Positions 15,540-25,237 of a stretch of 64,000 nucleotides of DNA are shown piece after piece (within the stretch, counting starts at the first letter, position 1; each line of letters starts with the position of its first letter). The notes beneath the pieces were generated by a model. The model saw nothing but the letters and a program-made list of their open reading frames with translations. It had not been told where the DNA came from and ran no database searches. The stretch lies in IMG/VR virus record IMGVR_UViG_3300030329_002885, one strand, 5' to 3'. This DNA comes from an uncultured virus (IMG/VR IMGVR_UViG_3300030329_002885) (Duplodnaviria; Heunggongvirae; Uroviricota; Caudoviricetes; Crassvirales). The position numbers and the translations under genes are program-made.

Positions 15540-17488
15540 ATAGATTAAGACCTGCTGCTTTACAGTTTCTTAATACTGGAAGCTATACTAATACCTTACC
15601 TGGTACAAGAGAGTATTATGAGTTTTGGGATGAAGAGCGTAGAAGGTGTTTATATGGATATAAAATTGATGAACTAGAAATAACTGGATTTCACTATTTT
15701 TATTTAAATTATTGTCCTATTGATAGAGCTGTAGATGAAGAATTACCAGACGGTACTACACAAGCTAAACGTGAGAGAACATTCCCTAGATTTTATGATG
15801 GAGATCATAAATATTTTACTGAAATAGATAAAGCTAGAGCAGAAAATAAACATATGATTGTTTTAAAAGCAAGACGTAAAGGATATTCCTATAAAGCTGG
15901 ATCTATGTTAGCTAGAAACTACTTTTTTGTAAAAAATTCTAAAAACTTTGTATTTGCAGCACAAAAAGAATACTTAATTGGGGATGGTCTTTTATCTAAA
16001 GCTTGGGAGTTCTTATCTTTTATAGATGACCATACAGCATGGGCGCAACCTAGATTAAAAGATAGGGAAATGCATAAAATGTCTGGGTATAAGAAAAAAG
16101 TAAATGGATTAGAAATTGAAATGGGGATGAAGTCTCAAATACTAGGTGTAAGCTTAAAAGATAACCCAGATAAAGTAAGGGGTAAAGCAGGTGAGCTAGT
16201 ATTTTTTGAAGAAGCAGGATCATTTCCAGGATTATTAAAAGCATGGGAGGTAACAATGCCTACAATGCGTCAAGGTAGTAAAACTTTAGGAATGATGGTA
16301 GCTTTTGGTACGGGTGGTACAGAAGGAGCGGATTTTGAAGCAATGGAAGAAATATTTTACAATCCTGATGCATATGATTGTATGAGTTATGAAAATACAT
16401 GGGATGAAGGGGCTATGGGAACTACATGTGGGTATTTTATTCCAATACAAACTAATTTAGATGGATTTATAGATGATCAAGGTAATTCTTTAGAAGAAAA
16501 AGCTATAGAATATGAAACAGAAATGAGGGAAAAAAAGAAGGGTGCTGCGGACGCAAAATCATTAGACCAATATATAGCGGAGCACCCTTTTTCTCCTCAA
16601 GAAGCTACTCTACAGATTACTTCTAATTTATTTGATATAGCTTCTTTGCAAGAACAGTATAATATTGTTAAAGCAAGGGGTTTACAAAGCATTGGTACTG
16701 TAGGTAAGTTGTATCATGATAAAAATGGAGAAGTTAAGTTTACTGTTGATGGAGATTTAAAACAAATTACAAAGTTTCCACATAGAAAAGATGATGATAA
16801 AACAGGAGCTGTAGTAATATACGAAGCTCCATATAAAAATGAAAAGCAACAAGTTCCTCATAATTTATATGTAATTTGTCATGACCCTTATGGGCAAAAT
16901 CAATCTGCAGATAGTACATCTTTGGGTGCAGCATATGTATTAAAACGTCCTAATAATTTATCAAGACCTGATGATCTTATTGTAGCCTCATATGTAGGGA
17001 GACCTAAGACACAAGATGATTATAATAGGAATTTATTTTTATTAGCTGATTATTATGGGTGTAAAATAGGATTTGAGAATGATCGTGGTGAGGTTATAGC
17101 CTACGCTAAAAGATATAGGAAGTTACACAAACTACAAGAAGAGTTTGAGATGTTAGATAAAAAAGAACTTAGAAGTAGAACAGTAAAACGTCAATATGGG
17201 ATGCATATGACTGAAGCAAGGAAGCGTCAAGGTGAGATATATATAAGAGATTGGCTAAATACTGTAAGAAGTACTGATGAATCTGGAAAACAATTACTAA
17301 ATTTGCATAAAATTTATGATCCAGCTTTATTAACTGAGTTAATTAAATTTAATCATCAGGGTAACTTTGACCGTGTAATGGCGTTTATGATTGGTATGTA
17401 TCATACTAGAGAATTATACAATGCAGAGGTTAAAGATATACTAGAAGATAGAGCCACGGATAAATGGTTTGATCAAAATTATTATTAA
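15518..17488 (+). CDS. terL: Terminase large subunit
   Basis: LKARRKGYS (Walker A variant), FFEEAG, FGTGG, CHDPY, FEN, NFDRVMA. Confidence 0.93.
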   Translation: MPRFKNIDRLRPAALQFLNTGSYTNTLPGTREYYEFWDEERRRCLYGYKIDELEITGFHYFYLNYCPIDRAVDEELPDGTTQAKRERTFPRFYDGDHKYFTEIDKARAENKHMIVLKARRKGYSYKAGSMLARNYFFVKNSKNFVFAAQKEYLIGDGLLSKAWEFLSFIDDHTAWAQPRLKDREMHKMSGYKKKVNGLEIEMGMKSQILGVSLKDNPDKVRGKAGELVFFEEAGSFPGLLKAWEVTMPTMRQGSKTLGMMVAFGTGGTEGADFEAMEEIFYNPDAYDCMSYENTWDEGAMGTTCGYFIPIQTNLDGFIDDQGNSLEEKAIEYETEMREKKKGAADAKSLDQYIAEHPFSPQEATLQITSNLFDIASLQEQYNIVKARGLQSIGTVGKLYHDKNGEVKFTVDGDLKQITKFPHRKDDDKTGAVVIYEAPYKNEKQQVPHNLYVICHDPYGQNQSADSTSLGAAYVLKRPNNLSRPDDLIVASYVGRPKTQDDYNRNLFLLADYYGCKIGFENDRGEVIAYAKRYRKLHKLQEEFEMLDKKELRSRTVKRQYGMHMTEARKRQGEIYIRDWLNTVRSTDESGKQLLNLHKIYDPALLTELIKFNHQGNFDRVMAFMIGMYHTRELYNAEVKDILEDRATDKWFDQNYY

Positions 17489-17489
17489 T

Positions 17490-17825
17490 ATGAATAAATG
17501 TAAAGATAAAGAACCTTATAACCCTCTACCAGAATACTTAGCAATAGGTCCGTCAGATATTCATGGAGCAGGGATTCTAGCACAAGAAGATATTCCGGGA
17601 GAGGTAGTTATAGGTATAAGTCATGTTTATGATCCAAACTTTCAACACAATTATATTAGGACACCATTAGGAGGTTTTATAAACCACTCTGAGAATGCTA
17701 ACTGTGAATTAATAGAAGATGATGAAGATTCAGATTATAAAAAATTAAAAACATTAAGAAAAATAGAGCAAGGAGAAGAACTTACTTTAAAATATAGCTT
17801 ATACGATATATGTGATTATTTATAG
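17490..17825 (+). CDS. SET-domain protein-lysine methyltransferase
   Basis: SDIHGAGILA, GGFINHS..ANC, IEQGEELTLKY; ATG at 17490. Confidence 0.88.
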   Translation: MNKCKDKEPYNPLPEYLAIGPSDIHGAGILAQEDIPGEVVIGISHVYDPNFQHNYIRTPLGGFINHSENANCELIEDDEDSDYKKLKTLRKIEQGEELTLKYSLYDICDYL

Positions 17826-17880
17826 TGTTATATATATAAAATAAGAGTTAAAATACCTATTTAAGTAAATACTGGCTTAT

Positions 17881-17896
17881 TATTTTTGTAAATTTG
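17881..17896 (+). promoter_or_regulatory. Tandem -7 promoter boxes before portal
   Basis: TATTTTTG followed by TAAATTTG, ending 6 nt before the portal ATG. Confidence 0.5.
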
Positions 17897-17902
17897 TAGA
17901 TT

Positions 17903-20209
17903 ATGGGATACGATAAAATACCGAGACAAAAACTCTCGATCACTAAGAAAAATAAAAAGTGGGGTGAAGAATGTGTAGAAGCATTTATAAATCTGTCTAA
18001 TTCAGGGACTAGCCACTCACACAAAAAAGACGAATTAAAAATATTATATGATTACTATAACGGTGTAATTGATGAGGCTGATTATAATTACGTACTAAAA
18101 CCTTATGGCAAAGCTCGTAAGAATTTTCCTTCTGAAATGCGTAATTACCCTATTATCAAACCCATAATTGACCTTCTTCTAGGGGAAAAATCTAAAAGAC
18201 CTCTCAATTATACTGTTACAGTACAAAATTCTGATAGTATTACAGTTAAAGAAAATGCTAAAGCAGAATTAATATTTAAAAATTTACAACAGCATTTTAT
18301 GCAGGCTGTTCAAGAGCAAGGAGAAGATATGGGACAAGATCCTAATCAAGAAGTGCAATTGCCAGAGCATATTGCATCAATGTTTGATAGTACATATGTA
18401 GATCAAAGAGCTGTATTAGGTCAACAATCTTTAAACTACATAATGCAAGAACAAGAAGTATATGATAAGATACAAAAAGCTTGGTTTCACTATTTAGTTA
18501 CAGGAGAATGCTACACACACAGAGGTGTAAGAAATAGAGAACCTTTTTATGAAATATTAAACCCTTTAGATGTAGATTATGATCTTGATCCAGACTTAGA
18601 ATTTGTAGAAGATGGAGATTGGGCTTTAGTAAGAAAATATGTACACGCATCTAGTGTAATTGATGCTTATTATGATAGTTTATCAGAACAACAGATTTTA
18701 GAATTAGAAGAACCTAGACATTCGGAAACTGATATTTCTTTTTTATATGCTAATTCTGGTAATAGAGATGTTAACGCTTTTAGAAATAGATTAATTGAAG
18801 TTATAAATGTATACTGGAAGTCTAGAAAAAGAATAGGGTTTTTAACCTATGAAGATCCAGAAACAGGAATGGCTGAAGTACAAGAAGTAGAAGACGGATA
18901 TAGAATGCCAGCAGAAATGAGAGAAGCTGGAGCTAAATTAGATTGGAGATGGGTAAATGAAGTGTGGGAAGGAACAAGAATTGATGGTAGATTTTATATT
19001 AATATAAATCCTATTGCTAATCAAAGAATATCTATAGATAACCCATCTAAATGTAAATTACCTATTAATGGTAGAAGATACTCAGATATAAATTCTCAAA
19101 ATATTTCTTTAGTTAGACTTGGAATACCTTATCAGTTAAATTACAATATTTATAAATATAGATTAGAACTTGCAATAGCTAGAAGTAAAGATATTATTGC
19201 ACAGTTTGATATTAACATGATTCCAAAGAAGTGGGACATGGATAAATTTATGTATTATGTAGAAGGTACAGGTATTGCTTGGGTAGATTATAATAAAGAA
19301 GGGATACAACTAAATCCTCAGCATCAATCTGTATTAGACATGTCTATTAAAACTATTCAGCAATATATTACATTATTAGAATCTATTTTAGTAGAATGGG
19401 AAAAAATATCTGGAGTAAGTAGACAAAGACAGGGTGAAATTGGAGCATATGAAGGTAAAGCGTCTTCACAACAAGCTATATTACAATCATCACACATTAC
19501 AGAAGATTTATTTAGAAAGTTTGAAAGAATGGAACAAAGAGATTTTCAAGCATTATTAGACTATTCTAAAGAAGCATGGTTAACAGGTAAGAAAAGCATG
19601 TATGTAATGCCTGATGGTACAACAGACTTTTTGGATCTAGATAGTTTAGAGCATTTAGAAACTAACTATGGTATATTTGTTTCTGATGCAGGAAAAGATC
19701 AAGAGAAGCTACAAAATATTAAAGGATTAACACAAGCTATGATTCAAAACGGTGCAAAACCAGGAGACTTAGCTGAAATGTTAGATTCAGATAGTTTCCA
19801 ACAAATTAAGAAAAATTTAAAAGCTGCTGATAAAGCTCAACAAGAATTAGAACAAGCTCAGCAACAAGCTCAACAAGAAATGCAACAGCAACAGTTAGAA
19901 GCAGAGCAAATGAAGCAAGAAGTTGAAAATATTGAAAAAGAAAAAGACAGACAAAAAGATATTGAGATTGCTTTAATAAACGCAGAATCTAAAAAAGATG
20001 TTGAAGCTTCTGAACTTAACTTACAAAAAATGATGCAAGACTTTGAATTTAAACAAAGAGATTTAGATTTAAGGGAACAAGAATTAGAAGAAAAGCGTAG
20101 AGGTAATATGGCAACAGAAAATATTACTAGAGATGCAAATCAGGTAAAAAGAGAAGATAGTAAAATTAAAAAAGATATAGCTAAAAAGAATGCTAACAAA
20201 CGCTCGTAG
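17903..20209 (+). CDS. Portal protein
   Basis: P.QKL...K...W, NYPIIKPIIDLLLGE, WVNEVWEG, SGVSRQRQG and a C-terminal Q-rich coiled coil, as in crAss-like portals. Confidence 0.9.
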   Translation: MGYDKIPRQKLSITKKNKKWGEECVEAFINLSNSGTSHSHKKDELKILYDYYNGVIDEADYNYVLKPYGKARKNFPSEMRNYPIIKPIIDLLLGEKSKRPLNYTVTVQNSDSITVKENAKAELIFKNLQQHFMQAVQEQGEDMGQDPNQEVQLPEHIASMFDSTYVDQRAVLGQQSLNYIMQEQEVYDKIQKAWFHYLVTGECYTHRGVRNREPFYEILNPLDVDYDLDPDLEFVEDGDWALVRKYVHASSVIDAYYDSLSEQQILELEEPRHSETDISFLYANSGNRDVNAFRNRLIEVINVYWKSRKRIGFLTYEDPETGMAEVQEVEDGYRMPAEMREAGAKLDWRWVNEVWEGTRIDGRFYININPIANQRISIDNPSKCKLPINGRRYSDINSQNISLVRLGIPYQLNYNIYKYRLELAIARSKDIIAQFDINMIPKKWDMDKFMYYVEGTGIAWVDYNKEGIQLNPQHQSVLDMSIKTIQQYITLLESILVEWEKISGVSRQRQGEIGAYEGKASSQQAILQSSHITEDLFRKFERMEQRDFQALLDYSKEAWLTGKKSMYVMPDGTTDFLDLDSLEHLETNYGIFVSDAGKDQEKLQNIKGLTQAMIQNGAKPGDLAEMLDSDSFQQIKKNLKAADKAQQELEQAQQQAQQEMQQQQLEAEQMKQEVENIEKEKDRQKDIEIALINAESKKDVEASELNLQKMMQDFEFKQRDLDLREQELEEKRRGNMATENITRDANQVKREDSKIKKDIAKKNANKRS

Positions 20210-22409
20210 AAGAGAATTATTGGATAACGTTAGAAGATCAGGGTATCCTGGGAGTATCTCTGAAGTTTTTCAGGCTGCTCAGGGTGGTAGAGATTTAGTT
20301 AGAGAATTTGAAATGCAACAACAGCAACAGCAAGAAATGCAAGTTGCTAATACTCCAGAAGAACAAGAAATAGGATTAAGAGAAGAACATGCAGCAGGCA
20401 ATACAGATGCTAGTATGGCCTTCCCTAATGTACAGCCTAACCAATCATTTAATACGGTTGGGATGCAAGCTCCTATTGATATACAAAAAATAGATAACCA
20501 AGGACATTTAGTAGAAAGCTATAAAAATGTACCTCCAGGAATACAAGACTTACCAACTGGTCCTGCAGAAGGAACAATAATAGAATCACCAGCTGCTTAT
20601 CAAAAAGGTGGATTTAATTTTAAGAAAAAATTTGATTATAGCCCTGAAGCTATAAAAGAAAGACAAGCAAAAGGAGTAGATTATGAAAATTTAGAACTAG
20701 CAGCTTCTTTTGCACCTTATATGGGAGAAGTAATTGATGCTAAGAATACTATTCAAAGTTTACGTAAAGGAAAGTATGGTGATGCTGCATTACATGCTGC
20801 AGGTTTTGCAATTCCATTTGTTCCAGGAGGAGCTATTGTAAGAGGATACAACAAATTACGTACTAAGATTAATCCTAATGTTGTAACAGATGTATTTGGA
20901 AATGTAATAAAAAAGAAAGGTGCAGTTAGATTAAATAGAATAGAAGATGCAAATATTACAAATAAAACATTTAATAAAGCAAGGCCAGATGGATCAATAC
21001 CATATGAATCAGGTAATTGGTATAGCGATCAAATAGAACCTTTTTATCTAAATAAAACTAAAGTAGCAGGAACTGCAGATGAACTATTGCCTATGGATGC
21101 TAATAGAAGAGTAATTACTGGATATTTAGATCCAAAGGATGCTGAAAAATTTAATGTATTACAGTCTACTAAAGAAGCTATATCTATGAGTGGTGGTAGA
21201 GGAAATTTACCAATAGCCTCTGAATATGTTTTACCGCCAGATATTACAAGAAGGTTAAGAGAAAAAGGTAAAATATTAAAGCCTAAAAGTGCGCTTGAAG
21301 AGTTAACAAATTTTTATAAAAAACAAGGAGGTTTTCAATATCAAAAAGGTGGGACTAAATTTTCTATAGGAGCAGAAGGTAATGTAAATTGTCTTCCAGG
21401 AGTTGCTGGTTGTTATGGTTATGAATCTCCATTAACATTAAAACCAAATTTTGCATTTACATACGATACTGGACGTAAACATATTGGAGTGCAAGGGGGA
21501 GCAGACCTTCAAACATATTTTGGAGGTTCTGACACAAGAGAAGGAGCTCCTGTATTAGCAGGAGGAATATCAGGAGGTATAGGTACTAATCCTACTTCAA
21601 AAGAATTAGAAACATCTAAACATTTATCATTAATAGGTAAATTAGGATTTAAAAGACGTAATCTAGAAGGAGCTCATGACTGGTCTTCTTTTAATCCTGG
21701 TTGGGATGCAGGTCTTTATGGGAAATATGATTTACTTAATAAACAACTTCAAGATGTAGGAGTTTACGGAAGTTATGGTGCTTTAGAAGCTAGTTTAGGA
21801 TACAACCCTACACAAAAAATGCTTCAAGCTGGATTAGGATTAAGATTAGGGAAAAGACAAACAGGTGGAATAAAAAAATATCATGAAGGAGGTTATAGCG
21901 AACATTACGGACAAAATATAGATCCTGATGCACCTCCTCATATGTATGAGCCTCCTCACGGTACTCCGCAAGGTGATCAAGATAATATGTATACTGGCTC
22001 TAATCCTTTATATGGAGGAAATTTAACTGATACTGGAGCTAATGCACAATACACAAACTTTAATATGCTTCGACATAGGGGTACGCATTGGGAAGTTCCA
22101 CAATGGACAGGCCTTCTTGGAAATCCAACAGCAGGTATGTCTGCTCAAAGAATTGTACGATCAGCTTCAAAAGGTGAAGAAATGTATGGACCTGTTGGTG
22201 CAGTAGGAGGAGGAATATATGGAATGGCAGAACCTTTAGTTAAAAATTATGCAACAGGATATTTAGGAGATGTTGGAAAAAAATATGGTAAAAAGGCAGC
22301 AAAAAAATTTCTTCCTAAAGCTATAAGTAGATGGTTTAAAACAGGTGGAACTAAAAAAAGAGGATACAAAGGATATAAACAAAGAATTTGTAAATACGGA
22401 TGTATGTAA
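20190..22409 (+). CDS. Modular putative head-cargo or effector polyprotein with xxxGG linkers
   Basis: Four dissimilar segments separated by YQKGG, KQGGFQYQKGG, RQTGGIKKYHEGG and FKTGG. Confidence 0.55.
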   Translation: MLTNARRRELLDNVRRSGYPGSISEVFQAAQGGRDLVREFEMQQQQQQEMQVANTPEEQEIGLREEHAAGNTDASMAFPNVQPNQSFNTVGMQAPIDIQKIDNQGHLVESYKNVPPGIQDLPTGPAEGTIIESPAAYQKGGFNFKKKFDYSPEAIKERQAKGVDYENLELAASFAPYMGEVIDAKNTIQSLRKGKYGDAALHAAGFAIPFVPGGAIVRGYNKLRTKINPNVVTDVFGNVIKKKGAVRLNRIEDANITNKTFNKARPDGSIPYESGNWYSDQIEPFYLNKTKVAGTADELLPMDANRRVITGYLDPKDAEKFNVLQSTKEAISMSGGRGNLPIASEYVLPPDITRRLREKGKILKPKSALEELTNFYKKQGGFQYQKGGTKFSIGAEGNVNCLPGVAGCYGYESPLTLKPNFAFTYDTGRKHIGVQGGADLQTYFGGSDTREGAPVLAGGISGGIGTNPTSKELETSKHLSLIGKLGFKRRNLEGAHDWSSFNPGWDAGLYGKYDLLNKQLQDVGVYGSYGALEASLGYNPTQKMLQAGLGLRLGKRQTGGIKKYHEGGYSEHYGQNIDPDAPPHMYEPPHGTPQGDQDNMYTGSNPLYGGNLTDTGANAQYTNFNMLRHRGTHWEVPQWTGLLGNPTAGMSAQRIVRSASKGEEMYGPVGAVGGGIYGMAEPLVKNYATGYLGDVGKKYGKKAAKKFLPKAISRWFKTGGTKKRGYKGYKQRICKYGCM

Positions 22410-22474
22410 CAAGTGCTATATAATAAAGAAAAAATCAAAAAATAAAAAACTATAAAAAATATCAATATAATTAT

Positions 22475-22482
22475 TAATTTTG
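22475..22482 (+). promoter_or_regulatory. -7 promoter box for the scaffold and capsid operon
   Basis: TAATTTTG in an A-rich intergenic gap. Confidence 0.5.
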
Positions 22483-22505
22483 TAACTTAAAACTAAAAAC
22501 AATAT

Positions 22506-23603
22506 ATGGAACCAAACGAAAAAATACAATTAGACGACATTACTTTTGACGATGTAATCGCAGGGGATGGAGTTGATACAGTTGCTATCGATGAGATCGA
22601 AAAGCCTGTAGAAGAAGAAGTAAAAGAAGAAGTAAAACCTGAAGAAACTACTGACGAGCTTGAAGATATTGAAGACAAAGTAGAAGAAATAGAAGAAACC
22701 GAAGACGTACAAAAAGAAACAGATGATGATGTAGAGCCATCTGATGATACTGAAAATACTGATGATACAGTTGTGTCAGAAGTATTAGCTAAATTAGGTT
22801 ATGAGGTTGATCAGGCGTATGAAGATACGTCTGAAGGATTAGCTGAAATGACAAAAGATATAGCATCTCAAATGGCAGACGATAGAATTGATCAAGTTCT
22901 TGAGGCGTTTCCTTTAGTTAAACAACATTTGCAATATGTTTTAAACGGAGGACAGTCAGAAAATTTTATGCAGGCTTATGATCCAAATTTAGATTATAAT
23001 AAAATAGAGCTTGCAGAAGATGATTCTCGTAGCCAAAAAGCAATTTTATCTGATTACTTTATTACTAAAGGTCATGATAAAGAGTTTATAAAAGAAATGA
23101 TTGAAGACTATGAAGATTCTGGAAAATTACATAATAAAGCTGAAGCAGCAAGACAAGCTTTAGGTAAAGTACAGGCTCAACAAAAAGAACAAATGGTAGC
23201 AAAACAAAGAGAAGCTTTAGAAGTGCAGCACAAAGAACAACAAGAATTTTGGAATGGTGTATCAGAAACTATACAAAATTCTACAGAGTTTGAAGGGCTT
23301 AGAGTTCCAGAAAGAGAAAAAGCTAAATTTTTTGATTGGCTTTCTAGACCAGTACAACAAAATGGTTACACTCAAAGAGATATTGCACATGCAAACTCTA
23401 GTATGGAAACTAAATTAGCAGTTGACTATTTAATGTATAAAGGATTTAATTTAGAGTCAATTATTAATAGTAAAGCTAAAACTAAAGCAGCTACATCATT
23501 GAGAGATAAAATATCTAGAAGCGAAGAAACTGTAAAAAGTGCTCGTAAAAAATCTAGAGTAAGTAAAAATGTTGATTTAGATAATTTAGATCTTAACATT
23601 TAG
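22506..23603 (+). CDS. Acidic head assembly or scaffold-like protein (conserved crAss gene before MCP)
   Basis: Very acidic N-terminus, helical C-terminus, immediately upstream of MCP. Confidence 0.7.
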   Translation: MEPNEKIQLDDITFDDVIAGDGVDTVAIDEIEKPVEEEVKEEVKPEETTDELEDIEDKVEEIEETEDVQKETDDDVEPSDDTENTDDTVVSEVLAKLGYEVDQAYEDTSEGLAEMTKDIASQMADDRIDQVLEAFPLVKQHLQYVLNGGQSENFMQAYDPNLDYNKIELAEDDSRSQKAILSDYFITKGHDKEFIKEMIEDYEDSGKLHNKAEAARQALGKVQAQQKEQMVAKQREALEVQHKEQQEFWNGVSETIQNSTEFEGLRVPEREKAKFFDWLSRPVQQNGYTQRDIAHANSSMETKLAVDYLMYKGFNLESIINSKAKTKAATSLRDKISRSEETVKSARKKSRVSKNVDLDNLDLNI

Positions 23604-23650
23604 TATATACCTAAACAGGGAGATCGGTACCCTATAAAATTAAAATTAAA

Positions 23651-25096
23651 ATGGCAGTAAACGGAACAAATATTAGCGTCCAAAAGACGTTTTATAATGA
23701 TTCGCAAATGACTGATATGAACAGTCTTGCAAATGCATTATTATCAAAGCCTACTGAACTGTCTCCGATTATTACTCATTTAGCAGGAAAAGATGATAAA
23801 AGATTCCCTTTATCTTTCTTAACGGAAGGTGTTGGTAACACAAAATCTATTGACCGCTTGGAGTATGAATATCGTGTGGCAACACATAGATTAAGAACGA
23901 GACCAGTAGCAGCGGCTGGACCATCAACGAATGTAGGTTTAGGAGGATCAACTTTTGAGTTAGAATTTCCTGATAAACACTTTGTATTTCCATACGTATT
24001 AGTATCTCAATCAGGTACTCAAGCACGTATTATGAAAGAACCTGAGCAAGTAGCTGGGGGAACTTCATGGAAATATACATTACAATTAGTAAACCCATCG
24101 GCTACAGCAACAGTTGCTGATGCTGATTGTGTGGCAGGAGCGCTTTGGGCGCAAATGTACGCACCAGTAGGAGTTGACTTCTCTAGAGGTAACGCTTCAA
24201 ACTGGGAAACTCCAGGACTAGTAAGAAACAAATTAACTACGGTTAGAAAGTCTTACCACATGTCTGGAAACGCTAAAGACTATGTAGCAGAATTCTCTTT
24301 ACCAACTAAAGGTGGATCTACTACTAAACTTTGGATGGACTATGAAGAGTACTTACACATGCTTGACTTTAAAGAAGAGTGTGAAATGTACTACTGGTAT
24401 GGTCAAAAGTCTTATGATTCAAATGGACATACTTATATGAAAGATGAGAATGGACAACCTGTAATCATAGGTCCAGGTCTTTTAGAGCAAATTGTTGAAA
24501 CAGACACTTACTCTACAATGACTGAAACAAAATTAAAGAACATCATCGGTGACTTATTCTACGGAATGACTGATGCTGCTCAAAAACAAGTAACTCTTTA
24601 CACTGGTACTGGTGGAGCTCGTGAATTTGATGAAGCTCTTAAATCTCACTTCTCAGGTAATACTTGGAAAGTAGGTGGTGAGAACAGATTCATCACAGGT
24701 TCTGGTAGATCATTAGGTTTAACTGGTTACTTTACTTCTTATGAGCATGTAGATGGACATATGGTTAATGTGGTAAAACTTCCACTATTTGACCATGGTG
24801 CAGTTGCACAAGCTCGTCAGAAGCATCCAACAACTGGATACTCTCTTGAATCTTATAGAATGGTATTTGTTGATCAATCAAATTATGATGGTCAAAATAA
24901 CCTACAAATGATCTCTAAGAAAGGTCGTGAGTCTATGAGATGGTGTGTAGCTGGATCTGTAGTCCCTAGAGGATTTGATTCAACTTCTGCTAGAGCATCT
25001 GATGTTGACGGAGCAAGCGTTCATATGTTAAAGACAGCAGGTATTGCTCTTAAGAGATTTGATACTTCGCTTGATATTACATGTGTAGCGTCCTAA
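23651..25096 (+). CDS. Major capsid protein
   Basis: D.NSL..AL...P, RNKLTTVRKS, GPGLLEQI, LYTGTGGAREFD, HPTTGYSLESYRMVF; followed by a strong terminator. Confidence 0.9.
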   Translation: MAVNGTNISVQKTFYNDSQMTDMNSLANALLSKPTELSPIITHLAGKDDKRFPLSFLTEGVGNTKSIDRLEYEYRVATHRLRTRPVAAAGPSTNVGLGGSTFELEFPDKHFVFPYVLVSQSGTQARIMKEPEQVAGGTSWKYTLQLVNPSATATVADADCVAGALWAQMYAPVGVDFSRGNASNWETPGLVRNKLTTVRKSYHMSGNAKDYVAEFSLPTKGGSTTKLWMDYEEYLHMLDFKEECEMYYWYGQKSYDSNGHTYMKDENGQPVIIGPGLLEQIVETDTYSTMTETKLKNIIGDLFYGMTDAAQKQVTLYTGTGGAREFDEALKSHFSGNTWKVGGENRFITGSGRSLGLTGYFTSYEHVDGHMVNVVKLPLFDHGAVAQARQKHPTTGYSLESYRMVFVDQSNYDGQNNLQMISKKGRESMRWCVAGSVVPRGFDSTSARASDVDGASVHMLKTAGIALKRFDTSLDITCVAS

Positions 25097-25135
25097 TTTG
25101 GCATTAACGTGCGTCTATATATTGGTTTTTGATTA

Positions 25136-25170
25136 AGGTTGTGGGGGAGCAATCCCCCATAGCTTTAATT
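25136..25170 (+). terminator. Terminator after MCP
   Basis: GGTTGTGGGGGA-GCAA-TCCCCCATAGCT then TTAATT. Confidence 0.75.
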
Positions 25171-25237
25171 AATTATAAATATAATCCGGGGAGTTATTCT
25201 TTACACCCACTAATTAAAACTTTAAAAGAACTGAATT

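Noticed and set aside
6705..25096. Introns or inteins in polA, terL, portal or MCP
   Set aside because: All are continuous ORFs of ordinary length with no splicing or homing-endonuclease motifs seen.
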